Notes: generated by a model not told the origin, from the letters alone. DNA of 64,000 nt from the human T2T-CHM13v2.0 reference genome, Homo sapiens (GCF_009914755.1 NC_060925.1); one strand, 5' to 3'. Positions 13,015-27,500 are shown, counted from the first letter of the stretch. Numbers and translations: made by a program.

Positions 13015-16000
13015 AGTCCACCCCTTGTCAACTTGAACCCATACGCATCTCCTGAGATCATACATGATCTTCAAATAAAGACAATAATAAGGTCATAATT
13101 ACACCTAACATAATACAACTATCCTTCGTACAACCAGAAATGCACTGATCCCCAACCCAAATCTGTTACACAAGGTTAACAGTACTTAAATCCTGATATG
13201 AAGTCAATAAATCTTATGTTTTATTGATGTTTATTGATGTTTCCACATGATAAAGAAAAAGGAAATATATTTTCATAGTACAATTGTATAAGTGCACAAA
13301 CATGTTTTTAGCAAAAGAAGGAGGAAATACTCATGACAATTAAAATCCCCATTTCTGTAGCTGGTCACGTGGTTGTAGCTGGTATTGATGACTACCTTCT
13401 TCTACTACCCATTCTGTATTCCCTTTGTCTTCAGCAAGCACCTCAGCAGGTCGTGGTTTTTTCCTGGTGGAGTGACCCAAACCTTAATTCCTGAGGGGTC
13501 TGGGCCATTTGCAGTTCTGCCAGGATTTGGCTGTTGTAGTTTCCCATAATCACAGGGCATGGTAATACTAAGAGATGCCCTAATGGATTTCCTGAATTCC
13601 ATGTATACTCTTCCTTACCTCCATTGTGGAGTAGCACACTGATTTCATCGTGATAGTCTGGGTCAATCACCCCAGCCAACACTATAACTCCCTTCTTAGC
13701 CTGTTGACTTAAAGGTAGGAGGAGTCCAAAGTGTCCAGGTGGCAATCTTAACTTTCAGTGTAATAGAATTGCTGTTGTGTCTCCTAGTGGCAGAGTTCCT
13801 CCCTCTGGAACTAAGACCTCTAGGCCAGCAGAATGTACTGTTGTGGGAACAGGAAGCAAAAACTTTGGTAGTGAATCACTAGGGGTGATGGTGAGGGTGC
13901 AACTTGCACTTCCACTCCTTGATTCCTGGAGTCATGAATCCTGGCTACGGGAGAAACAATACCATATATTGGACGTTGATTCAGAGCATACACAGCCTTC
14001 TGAGAACTTTGCCAAAGCCCTGCAAAGTATTATCACCTAGTTGATGTTGTAATTGTGGCTTCAAAAGGCCATTCCACCATTCTGTCAATCCAGCTGCTTC
14101 AGGATGATGGGGAACATGGTAAGACCAGTTAATTCCATGAGCATGAGCCCACTGCCACACTTCTTTAGCTGTAAAGTGAATGCCTTGGTCAGAGGCAGTG
14201 CTGTGTGGAATACCATGACAGTGGATAATGCATTTTGTTAGTCCATAGATGGTAGTCCTGACAGAAGCATTGCAAGCAGGATAGGCAAGCCCATATCTGG
14301 AGTAAGTGTCTATTCCAGTGAGGAGAAACCTCTGGCCTTTCCATGATGGAAGAGGTCCAATATAATCAACCTGCCACCAGGTAGCTGGCTGATCACCTCG
14401 AGGAATAATGCCATATCAAGGGCTGCTGGCCCTTTATTTCTGCTGCTGGCAATTTGGACACTCAGCAGTGGCCATAGCCAGGTCAGCCTTGGTGAGTGGA
14501 AGTCCATGTTGCTGAGCCCACATGAAACCTGCATCCCTGCCACCATGGCCACTTTGTTCTTGGGCCCGTTGGGCAATGACAGGGGTGACTGGGGAAAGAG
14601 GCTGAGTGGTGTCCACAGAACGGTCATCCTATCCACTTGATTATTAAAATCCTCCTCTGCTGAGGTCACCCGTTGGTGAGCACTCACATGGGATACAAAT
14701 ATCTTCACAGTTTTTGACCACTCAAAGAGATCCATCCACATACTTCTTCCCCAAATTTCTTTGTCACCAATTTTCCAATCACACTCTTCTAAGTCCCTGA
14801 CCATCCAGCCAAACTATTGACTACAGCCCATGAATCAGCATATAATTGCACATCTACCCATTTCTCCTGCCATGCAAAGTGCACAACCAGGTGCACTGCT
14901 CAAAATTCTGCCTACTGGGAAGATTTCCCTTCACTGCTGTCCTTCAGTAATGTCCTAGAAAGGGGCTGTAGTGTTGCAGCTGTCCACTTTTGGGTGGTCG
15001 CTGCCTATTGTATAGAACCATCTGTGAACCAGGCCCTAGTCTTCTTTTCCTCTATAAACTGATCATAGGGAACTCCTCATGAGGCTGGGGAAGAGAAGGC
15101 AAGGTGACAGGAGTGGAGATCATGGGCATTTGAGCCACTTCCTCATGTAATTTACTTGTGCCTTCAGGACCTGCTCGAGCCTGATCACGTATATACCACT
15201 TCCATTTGATGATGGAATGCTGCTGCACATGACCCACTTTATGGCTAGATGGGCCAGAAAGCTCCCAGTTAATGACAGGCAGTTCAGGTTGCATGGTGAC
15301 TTGATACCCATAGTCAAACGTTCAGTTTCCACCAAAGCCCAGTAACAGGCCAAGAGCTGTCTCTCAAAAGGAGAGTAGTTATCTGCAGAAGATAGCAGGG
15401 CCTTGTTCCAAAATCCTAACGGCATCCACTTTGATTCACTTATGGGAGCCTGCCAAAGGCCCCAAACAGCATCCCTATCTGCCACTGACACCTCAAGCAC
15501 CATTAGATCTGCTGGGTCATATGGCCCAAGTGACAGAACAGCTTGCACAGCAGCTTGAACCTGTTGCAGAGCCTTCTCTTCTGGACCCCACTCAAAACTG
15601 GAGCCTTTCAGGTCACTTGATAAATGGGCTGAAGTAACACACCCAAATGAGGAATGTGTTGCCTCCAAAATCCAAATAGGGTTACTAGGCATTGTGCCTC
15701 TTTCTTGGTTGTAGGAGGGGCCAAATGTGGCAACTTATCATTCACCTTAGAAGGAATATCTCGAGAGGCCCCACAACACTGGAACTCTAGAAATTTTACT
15801 GAGGTAGAAGGTCCCTGAATTTTAGTCAGGTTTATTTCCCAACCTCTGGCATACAAATCTCTCACCAATAAGTCCAGTGTGTTTGCTACTTCTTGCTCAC
15901 TGGACCCAATGAGCATAATGTCATCAACGTAATGCACCAGTGTGATATCTCATGGAAACAAAAAGCAATCAAGGTCTCTTCTAATAAGATGATGACAGAA

Positions 16001-17576
16001 ACCTGGAGAGTTGATATATCCTTGAGGTAGGACAATAAAGGTATATTGCAGGCCTTGCCAGCTGAAGGCAAACTGCTTCTGGTGGGCCTTATGAACAGGA
16101 AAGGAAAAAAAGTCATTTGCCAAGTCAATGGCTGCATACCAGGTACCAGGAGATGTATTAATTTGCTCAAGCAATGAAACTACATCTGGTACAGCAGCTG
16201 CAATTGGAGTCACCACTTGGTTAAGCTTACGATAATCCACTGTCATTCTCCAAGATCCATCAGTCTTCTGCATAGGCCAAATGGGGGAGTTGAATGGGGT
16301 TGTGGTGGGAATCACCACCCCTGCATCCTTCAAGTCCTTGATGGTGGCACTAATCTCCACAGTCCCTCCAGGGATGTGATATTGTTTTTGATTTACCATT
16401 TTTCTAGGTAGAGGAAGCTCTAATGGCTTCCATTTGGCCTTTCCCACCATAATAGCCCTCAGCCTACCTGTCAGGGACCCAATGTGGGGGTTCTGCCAGC
16501 TCCTAAGTATGTCTATGACAATTATGCATTCTGGCACTGGGGAAACAACCACAGGATGAGTCTGGGGACCCACTGGACCCACTGTAAGGTGGACCTGAGC
16601 TAAAACTCCATTAATTATCTGACCTCTATAAGCCCCTACTTTAACTGGGGGACCACAGTGATGTGTTGGGTCCCCTGGAATCAATGTCAGCTGAGAGCCA
16701 GTGTCCAGTAGGCCCCAAAATGTCAGATCATTTCCCTTTGCCCAGTGAATAGTTATCCTGGTAAAAGGCTGGAGGTCTCCTTGTTCCTCAAGGGGACCCA
16801 GCTTTCCCTTTATTCAAGGGATTCTGGGTCTGTAAACTGGCTCAAGTCTGGAAATTGATTGCGGGGCCTTGATTCTCTGTTTTTATAATTCAAATTAGTC
16901 TCTTGTCCATTCGACCTAGAAGTTTACTGCTTGCATAAATTAAGCAGGAATGCAGTGGGCTTCCTATCAATTTCACTTCTAGGAACACCATGATTTATTA
17001 GTCAATGCCAGAGCTCTACACGAGTCAGAGTATTCTGATTGCCGCTTTGCTTCTGCTGTCCATTACTGTAGCTACACCCACCTTGCCTTTGACGCTGAGT
17101 GCCGCCACTTGGCCCCTGCCACCTCGGGATCCAATTATTCCCATTGTATTTAAATTTTGCAGTTGAGTGACTGTGGTTCCCACTGTTAGATCTGACATAC
17201 AGAGAAAAGCAATTACAGGGCTCGTGAAAGATGCAGGTGCTGCCTTCACAAATTTGTTTCACAAGGCATTGGTCAAGGGTATATCTTCTGGACCCTCCCA
17301 GCGGGGATAAGTAGGTCTAAAGTGGCTAATCCACCACACCATCCCAATCTCCCTAAGCCTTTGGATCCCTTCCTCTACATTAAACCAAGGGAGATCAGGC
17401 ATTTCCAGCTCACTCACAGTGGGCCATCTTTTAATCTGTATTTCAGCTAACCCAGCAAATAAACTATTAGAACTTTTTTAAGTCCTCAAACTGCAACATT
17501 AAAAGTAGAGTCCCTACTTAGTGGGCCCACATCAATAAATTCAGCCTGATCCAACTCTATGTTCCTTCCACCATTA
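13015..17576 (-). mobile_element. HERV-L internal region (3' gag, pro, RT, RNase H, IN, dUTPase), frameshifted and 5'-truncated
   Basis: Protease LLDTGS (about 16691-16711); RT WRMTVDYRKLN, IDLANDFF, LPQGY (ORF 15950-16684) and HYVDD (ORF 15608-15937); IN zinc finger SGHGG...CPNC (14434-14616); dUTPase PPGHFGLL...GVIDPDY (13443-13745) after IN, as in ERV-L; no env. Confidence 0.95.
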
Positions 17577-20500
17577 TGAAAGCAGACAGAGAAAAATGAT
17601 ATACTACCTACAGAAGAACACCAATTCAAATGACAGTGGATTTTTCATCTAAAACCACAGAGATCAGAAGAAAGAATGCAACATTTTTTTTCAAGTGTTA
17701 AAAGAAAAGAACTGTAATTACAAATTCTATATCTGATAAAATTATCCTTCAGGAATGAAGGGGAAATAAATTCTCAGATGAAAGAAAACTTAAGGAATTT
17801 GCTGCTCATTGACCTACCCTTAAGCAATGGCTGAAGAAAGTCCTTCAATCAGATGGAAACAATAAAAGAAGGAAGCTTAGAGCGTGAGGAAGGAAGAAAG
17901 AACAATGAAAGGAGCACAAGTACAGGTACATACAACAGACAATTCTTTTCCTGATGACTTTTTAAAATCATATGTGGTGACTGAAGCAAAAATTATAACA
18001 CCATTGGATGCTAAAAACAATGATACTTAAGAATGGGAAAGGTAAAAGAATTTAAATAGCAGTGAAGTTCAAACTTCACTAAAAATGGTAAAATGTTGAT
18101 ACCAGTAGACTATGGTAAGTTTCATATGTATATTATGATAACCAGAGCAAGCATTAGGAGCAACCACACAGAAATAGACAAAAAAAAAAAAAAACTATGC
18201 ATGAATTAAAATGTAATCTTAAAAAATATGCAAGTAATCCACATGAAGGCAATAAAAGACAAACAGAAAAATGAGGCCTAGAGAAAACATATGAAAAATA
18301 AATAATAAAATGGCAATTCTATCAATAATTACCTTGAAAGTAAATGCTCTAAATATATCAACCAAAAGACAGAGATTGAGAGAAAATTTTAAAAACATGT
18401 CTCAAATATATGCTGTTCACAGAAACTTATTTCAACTTCAATAATATAGATAGATCAAAAGTAAAAGGATGGAAAAAGATATAGCATGCAAACATTAAAT
18501 TTTCCTAAAAAGCAGGAGATCCTGTATTAATATCAGATAAATTGGATTTTAAAGAAAACTTACTTGAGAAAAGGAAGGACATTACTAAATCATTAAAGAA
18601 TCAATCCACCAGGAAGACGTAATAATTCTAAAGGTGTATGCCCCAAACATAGATTTTCTAACTACGAGAGGCAAAAACTGACAGAGCTGAAAGGAGAAAT
18701 AGATAAATCCACAGTAATACTTGGGGATTTTAACCCTGCCCTCTTGGAAAGTAATGAAATGACTAGTCAAAATATCAATAAAGATGTAGGAGATCTAAAC
18801 ACCACAATCAACCAACTGAACCTAAATCGCGTGGATAGAACACTCTATCCAGCAATAACAGAATATACTTTTTTTTCAATTTTCTATAGAACATTCACCA
18901 AACTAGTTCATATCCTGGGCCACTACACAAACTTCAACAAATTTAAAATAATTTAAAACATGAGTTTGTTCTCTGATCATAGTGGAATCAAACCAGAAAT
19001 CAGTAAGAGAAAGATAACAGAAAATATTTAAACAGGTGCTAATTAAACAACATGCTTCTAGTGATTCTTAGGCCAAACAAAAAATCTCAAAGGAAATAAC
19101 AAATATATAAAATTAAATAAAAATATTTAAAAACATCAAACTTACGGGATGCATCTAAAGCAGTGCAGAGAGGGGAATTCGTAGCATTAAAGTGCAAATT
19201 AGTGTTAGAAAGGAGGAGAAGTCTCCAACCAATAATTTAAATTCTTACCTCAAGAAACTTGAAAAAAACAGACCAAAATAAACTCAAAGCAAACAGAAGG
19301 AAGGAAATAGCAAAAATAGCAAAAAGTTACTGTAATGCAAAACAGGAAAACAAGAGGGGAATGCAATGAAACAAGAAGTTGGTTTTTTAAAAAAAGAATC
19401 AATAAAATTAGTAAACCTCTTGACAAAAATAAAAAACAAATAAGTAAAAGAGTAAACCTCTGACAAAAACTAAAAAAAGAGAAGGCATATATTATCAATA
19501 TCAGGAATAAAACAGGGAATGTCACTACAGATCTTGCAGCCATTGTGAGTGTAATAAGAGAACATCACGAGTGAAAAAAACAAGTTTACACTCATGTATA
19601 CAGCAACTTCGAATAAATTAACCTGTTCCTTAAACAAAACTCTAGTACCAAACTCAACCAAGATAAAATAGATAATCTGAATAGTTACATAACCATTAAA
19701 GAAACTGAAGTTTTAATTTAAAATTTCCTGAAAAAGAAATCTCCAGCCCAGATGGCTTCATTAGAGAATCTTAACCAAATATTCTGTAGAAGAATAAAGA
19801 AGAATTAATGCCCATGTGACACAATCTCTTCCACAAAATAGAAGAGGGGAGAATAAGGCTGGGAGCAGTGGCTCACACCTGTAATCTCAGCATTTTGGGA
19901 GGCTGAGGTGGGTGGATTCCTTGAGCCTAGGAGTTTGAGATCAGCCTGGGCAACATGGCGAAACCCTGTCTCTACAAAAAATACAAAAATCAGCCAGCTG
20001 TGGTGGCACATGCCTGCAGTCCCAGCTAACACACACGCACGCACACACACACACACACAAAAGAAAAAGAACAGAACATTTCTCAACTCCTTTTAAGGGG
20101 CTAGTATTAACCTGATACTAAAACCAGACAAATGAAGTACAAAGAATAAAAACTCTCATGAGAAAACAATGTCTTTCATGAATCTGATGCAAAAATCCAC
20201 AACAAAATATATTAGCAGATTGAATCCAATCATGAACAATGACCAAGTAAGATTTATTCTATATATGCAAGGCTTATCCAATGTTCAAAAATCCATATTA
20301 CACAATACTAATCTGCAATAAAATAAGAAAGAGTTATTGACACACAACATCCTGGATGAATCTTCAGGGAATTATGCTTAGTGTTAAAGGCCAATCCCAC
20401 AAGGTTTCATACTGCATGATGTCATTTGTACAATACTTTTGAAATGACAAAATTTTAGAAATGGAGAACAGATTAGTTAGTGGTTGTCATGGGATAGGGA

Positions 20501-20633
20501 TATGGATGATGGGGTGGGAGAAATGTTGGTGTGATTCTGAAATGGAAATGGGAAGGATCCTTATGAAACTGTTGTATATCTTACAGGTCTTGGTGTGTAC
20601 ATGAACCTAGAAGTAAACATTGCATAGAAGCAA

Positions 20634-20673
<40 letters not shown>

Positions 20674-20895
20674 AACAAAACACCACCCCTGACAGGTATA
20701 AATAAAACTGGGAAAACCTAAATAAGATCAGCTAATTGTATTAATGTCAATATCCTCATTGAAATATTATACTATAGTTTTGAAAAATATTCCCATTGGG
20801 AAATTGAGTGAAGGAGACGTGTGGTCTCTCTGTATTATTTCTTATGACTATATGTCTTTCTACAATTATATCAAAACAAAAGTTTAATTAAAAAT
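17577..20895 (+). mobile_element. Old L1 (L1MD-like): ORF1 3' part, endonuclease region, internal deletion near 20300, 3' UTR
   Basis: ORF1-type GCAGACAGAGAAAAAT...ATTCAAATGACAGTGGATTTTTC; ORF2 EN remnants (GDFN, YTFFS...TFTK...ILGH in ORF 18744-18956); 3' end TCTCTGTATTATTTCTTATGACT...AAAAGTTTAATTAAAAA. Confidence 0.85.
19857..20070 (+). mobile_element. Alu truncated early in the right arm, followed by a CA-rich tract and A tail, inside the L1
   Basis: GGCTGGGAGCAGTGGCTCACACCTGTAATC...GCAGTCCCAGCTA then (CA)n. Confidence 0.88.
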
Positions 20896-21095
20896 ACCAA
20901 TCGATCATATTTAAGTGAGAATTTTTTTTCAAAGCATTAAAATAAAGAGCTCATATATTTACTCTTTGATCATTCATTGCTCTAGTTGAGGGTCTCTGCC
21001 CCTCCTTCTTCCACAATGATCAATGATCTCCTTCCCATCAAACATTCAGAATTAGACTGAAGAATAATATGCAGTATAATTTTGTCATTTAGAGA

Positions 21096-21408
21096 TTTGT
21101 TTTGTTTTATTTTTGTTTTGTTGAGACAGGGTCTTGCTCTGTCACCCAGGCTGGACTGCAGTGGCACGATTATGGCCCACTGCAGGCTCGAGACTTCCCA
21201 GGCTCAAATGACCTTCCCACCTCAGTCTTCCGAGTAAGCTGAGACTACAGGCACATGCCACCACGCCCAGCTAATTTTTTTTTAAATTATTTCATTATGG
21301 GGCCTCACTCTGTTACCAGGCTGGCCTCAAACTCCTGGGCTCAAGTGATCCTCCTACCTTGGCCTCTCAGACTGCTGGGATTGCAGGCACGAGCCACCGC
21401 ACCTGGCC
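21096..21408 (-). mobile_element. Alu (AluJ-like)
   Basis: T-rich tail, GAGACAGGGTCTTGCTCTGTCACCCAGG...GAGCCACCGCACCTGGCC. Confidence 0.93.
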
Positions 21409-21869
21409 CATTTTGGGTTTTGTGCCCTTCCTGAGCAGAAGTGGTGAATTCATTACTACTCCACCCAATATCTAAAGCTATTCAGTGCCAGTTGAATCCA
21501 ACAACATTTTACATTTAAAGAGAATCAATAGCATTGCTTCTTGTTTTGTTTTCTACAACTAGCTTGCAATTAGAAGATAACTTATAACAATTCTAAAAAC
21601 TTTTTCTGTTGATAATAGTTATAATCTTATTTAAACAAACCTACTGCATACAAATCTGACTGTCCCCAAAAAAGATTTTATATGATGCGAATTTCCTTTC
21701 GAATAGAATTTAATACTTTTCATTATAAAATAAATAGTGTGGTCAAATGTGATTATAACAAAGTGCTATTTATTTATCAATGGGGATTATATGATGAAAA
21801 GTAGATCTGGATTGTGTTAATAGAGGTATAGTCCCAGGTACTCTTCTGCAAGAACTTTGCAAAGCGATA

Positions 21870-24282
21870 TAGACATTCCTCAACTTATGATGGAGTTATA
21901 TGCCAAGGAATCCCTCATAAAAAATATCATAAGTCAAAAATGCATTTAATACACCTAACCTACCAAATGTCATAGATTAGCTTAGTGTACCTTAAATGTG
22001 CTCAGAACACATACATTAGCCTATAGTTGGGTAAAATCATCTATCACGAAGCCTGTTTTATAAATATAAGTATTGAATATCTCATGTAATTTATTGAATA
22101 CTGTACAGAAAAATGAAAAACAAAATCGTTGTTTGGGTACTCACCATTAATGTACACAGCCTAAAGCACACTGGGTGTGAAGAGGGTTTTATGCATTGAA
22201 CTAAAATTAATTGCTGGATAATGGGGATGCTACAGTTACAGGGTCATCACATTTCTCTCTCTCATGCTGAGGCTTGAGAATAGCTGCTAGAAGACAGTGG
22301 GGCATTGACACTTGTTGATGGTTTGGCAAGCATAGAGCTCTTCAGGAAGATAAGTTTTAACTGTGCAGTTCGTTTCTTCTTTTCTTTATATGTTTCTCTA
22401 TAGCAAGCAAGAGCATCCTGCATCTGCCTGTCAGCACTTGAGAATCTCTGGTAATGGACGTCCATTTCTTCTACCATTCATAAGCCACTGCTGAGAGTAG
22501 CCAATGCCTCCACCAGTTTCTTTGCTGTAAACTTTCTTGGTGCGTCAGGTGTAACTTACTTTTCCTCTGCCTCAATTTCATTCTTTCTTTCTTCCTCAGT
22601 CTGATCAGTTTCTCCTTGGGAAGCTCTTCAGTCCCAATGCTGACAAGCTCACGAATATCCTCTTCATCACTGACAAGCTCACGAATATCCTCTTCATCAG
22701 CCTCCAATTCTGGCTGTTCCCCAAGCACTAATATTGTTAGTTACTATTTCATCAAGAGCAGAATCTTTGTTAAAGCCTTTGAATGCGTTTACACACGTCT
22801 TCAAAACTTTCCTCCAAATGCCATTCATGCATTGTTGTGTGATGGCTTCTCATGCTGGAGCAATGTTTCATGCAGTATTTAGAATGTTAAAACCTTTCCA
22901 AAACTCTCAGAGCGTTCGGTCAGATTCAGTCTCTTTAACAGCCTTTGCAAATATTGGTTGTAAGTAGCATGCTTAGAACACAGCTATTGTGCCTTGGTCC
23001 ATGGGTTGAATGAGTGCGGCTATGTTCAGAGGTGGCAAATATACAACCTTTACATCAAGATGGATGTCACCGGATAAGCTATGGAGGACCTGGAGCATTG
23101 TCTAAGATCAGAGCAATCTTGAATGAGATGTTGCTTTGCCTACAATACTCTCTTGCCTGCAGAATAAAACACTTCAAACCCCAGTCTTTAAACAATGCTG
23201 ATGTCATCCAGGCTTTCTTGTGATGGCAGTAATAAACAGGAAATGGATGCTTGTTCACATTCTCAAATGCTCTGGAGTTCCCTAAGTGGCAGATTAGGAA
23301 GGCTTTAATTTGAACCCTGCAACATTTTGACCCAAAAGCAGCATTCCAGGGTATTTGAATGCCTTGAATCCTGGCATTGTCTTGGCCTGTTAATATACAT
23401 ATGCACCAGCATATGCTTCCAGAGCAAGCTCATTTTATTGACATTAAATATTTATTCTGGCAAACATTTCTCATCCACAATTATCCTATGGAGCTTGTTC
23501 TTAAATACTTAAGGACCTTCAGTATTGGCAGTTGCTGCCTCACGGCTGAACTTCACATTATGAAAATTATGATGCCTTTTGAAGTGCTGGAACCCGCCCA
23601 TGACTTGCTATAAGCATTTGCATATGGGAAAGATCATAGGAATGCTCTTTTAGTGTATTGAAAAGAGTTCTTGCCTTAGACTGGATCATCGGTAGGCTAA
23701 GCAGTATGTGCGTCTGTATCTGGTCTTCCACTCACGTGACAAGTAATTTTTCCAAATCGTCAATCAGCCCAGCTCTTTTCTTTGTGGTAACAGTAGATTT
23801 GACTGATGCTGATGGTTCCACTGCATCACAAATTTGCTTGTTATTCCTTAAGATGGTCGTGGCTTTCTAAAGTCCTAACTCACGTAAGATGGCCATTGCT
23901 GGCTTGCTGTCTCCAAACTGGGCAATTATTTGGAGTTTTGGCTCAAGAGTAATTGCTTCTGCTTTTTCTTCTCCCCAGATATAGATGGATGTTTTGCAGA
24001 CATGATGGGATGCGAAAATTAAAAACACAATAGTCCAAAAAACACGGGAACACAGTACACTGTAGAGTATCAGTTGTTTGCCCTTGTGATAGCATGGATG
24101 ATGGGGACCTGTGGCTCACTGTTGCTGCCCAACATTGCAAGAGAGTATTATACTGCATATCACTAGGGAAATGCTCAAAATTTTAAATTCAAAGTATCAT
24201 TTCTACTGAGTGAGTTTCATTTTTGCACCATCATAAAGTTGAAAAATCATAAGTTGAATGATTCTAAGTCGGGGACCATCTG
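21870..24282 (-). mobile_element. Tigger4 (Zombi) pogo-family DNA transposon, about 2.4 kb, with decayed transposase
   Basis: TA flanks (21868-21869, 24283-24284); degenerate TIRs (T)AGACATTCCTCAACTTA / TAAGTCGGGGACCATCTG; minus-strand DDE motifs ILDNAPG (about 23085-23110) and LIQPMDQG (about 22991-23015); C-terminal ORFs 22262-22728. Confidence 0.9.
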
Positions 24283-24347
24283 TATACTCTTATCTTAAGC
24301 AGGGCAGTAACCAACCCAAAGAGGCCCCAGAACAACTAGCTCTAGTC

Positions 24348-24976
<629 letters not shown>

Positions 24977-26555
24977 GTTCTAGGTCATGAAACAGCCTGT
25001 TAAATATCAGCCCAGCTTCTGGAAAGAAAAACTAAGGAATTAAACTTGGTTCCAGTGATGTTAATGTGCATTTGACAACATAAAATCTATTCAGGTAGCT
25101 TGTCAAAAAATTAGCAAGAAATATTTTTGTAGGTACAAAACGATACGTTTCATTAAGAGATAGTAATGAAATTCATGTGAGTGTACCTATATGTATATAT
25201 TATAGATGTATGTGTGTGTGTGTGTGTATGCTTATATTTCTTCCCCCCATAACCCACACTGAGTAAATACACAACAATGGGAATTATTTTCATGTTCCTG
25301 TCTGCAAGTAAAGGGTTAATCTGTGGACTATTAATTGCTCCTGAAATCCAGTCTGGAGCTGCTGCTGACACCAAGGAAATATTCTGCATTTATATTCAAA
25401 GCTGACAAACCTTGAGAAATCCTGCTGCTGGAAATGTGAGTAAATGTGCTTTCATCTGCAGTTTCTCTTTACCGTGCAGCTTGGAATGTGAGTACTGGCA
25501 TCGTTGGGCACTGTCAGTCACCGCAACTGATTCAGAGTGAGACTGTAATTGAGTCAGAGAACTTCAGATGATGGTCTTAGGAACGATGCCATCTTTTTAC
25601 CCACCTGAGGGGAATCTGTCCTTCTGAATGGAGCTATTTATTCTATTCCTTGGTCATCAGCTGTAAAGTTTGGGCATCATTAGAGATGACAGTGATTCAC
25701 CTCCTTCAGTGGTATGTCGAGGGCCAATGGGAATTGTCAAAAAATCTAGGTGATTTTAATTTAAGATGAAAACTCAAATGTACTTCAGAGCCCATTTTCA
25801 TTTTGTCATCCTTAGTTTTGAGAAAACTCCTTAGTATTATGCTCACTGTTTTTGGAATTTTCTTTTGTAGCAGCGGGTGGCTGCATTCCTTCACTTAAAG
25901 GCATTGTAATGATCCATTGTGTAATTTTATGGCCAAATAGCTGATAGAGATAAAACTTCTCATGAGTAACATTATCATACTGCCATTTGTTCCCAAAGCT
26001 ACTTCTAAAACTTATTTTTAACCTTTGTCCCCTAAAACACTCTCTCACACTATTTTCTGCATATCCCCAAGAGACAATAATTTTGTACAAAATTTTCCTA
26101 CGGGTAGAAAGTGGATAGACTTTTTCAAACTACATGAGCCTCACCTTCCCCCTGAGATTCTGATAAGTTTTCTCCCTCCAGACTTTGGGAATCCATTTGT
26201 TTGAATGTAGGGGTTTGAATCACATCACTCAAGATTCTGTATGTCTCTGATTCTTAGATTTCTCCATGACACTTATAGTGATTTACTGCAGACTATTGAC
26301 TCATTTTTTTTCTTTTTACCAAGTCACTAATGCATGTACAGTTTGATACCAGGATAAAGAATGACATAATTTTCTTTCATTAAGAGTTCTCATTGGCCAA
26401 AGTCAGAAAGAAAAACAGAACAAAATGAATGTCTGCCTGATGCAAAATGCTAATCAGGGTCCAGGGAACTCAAAACAAATTAGACCAACTTCTCAGTACT
26501 CTGAAGAGGCTACTAGACCTTATTTCTACTTTTGCAGCAGAAATGTGGGAGATCC

Positions 26556-26870
26556 AGTTTGAGACCAGCCTGGCCAACATGGCGAAACCCTGTCTCTACC
26601 AAAAATACAAAAAATTAGCCAGGTGTGGTGGTGGGCACCTGTAATCCCAGATACTCGGGAGTCTGAGGCAGGAGAATCACTTGAGCCCGGGAGGCGGAGG
26701 TTACAGTTAGCTGAGATCATGCCAGTGCACTTCATGCCAATGCACTCCAGCCAGGGCAGAGCAAGACCCTGTCTCAAAAACAAACAAACCAACAAAAACC
26801 CACAAAAACAAACAAAAAGACAAGAAAAGAAAAATGGAAAAAACAAAAAAACAAACAAAAAAAAAAAACA
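26556..26870 (+). mobile_element. 5'-truncated AluS-like element with long A-rich tail
   Basis: Begins AGTTTGAGACCAGCCTGGCCAAC; TSD AGAAATGTGGGAG(A/G)TCC at 26539-26555 and 26871-26887. Confidence 0.92.
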
Positions 26871-27500
26871 AGAAATGTGGGAGGTCCTGGGGAGGTTAGG
26901 AGGAGAAGCACAGTGTGGTTGGCCTTCCCAGCAATCATAGGCACTGGATTTCCTTCCTGGAAGTAGTCCATCCAACTTTGACCCCCATTTCCAGGTTATC
27001 TCAGAATACCAGCGACGTGTTCAGTGTTTAAGTAGGAATATCATTTGCCATGGGTGGAGAAACAGGCCTAAAGAAGATAAATTCCGATCCAAGCCATACA
27101 CTTAGCAGGGAGAAGACTCAAGGTAGCAATCACAATTGTCTGCCCTCATAGGTTGCCTCTCTTCCTCCCTCCTCTCAGGGGGTCACTCACTGAGAGAGCA
27201 GCATGGGCCAAGCCACATGGGAACCCAGCAGGATGCTGAATGCTGGGGTGCACTGCCCAGCTCTGCCTCTAGGGCTGAGGCACTCATTTGTTGGCTGAGC
27301 TGCTGTTAGATGGAGGAGGTCGGGTCTTCTCCCAAGGGACAGTGAGCATCCAATGACTGCTTGATGAGGAGGATATAAAGAACTGGCACTTGGTATGAAG
27401 AATTGGCATTGGGCCTTAAGGCAGGACAACTCTGAAGGGTCCTCCAGGTCCCTGAGGATTAGCTGAGGCCTTTGTTGTGAATGCATTAAGAGTAAATCCC

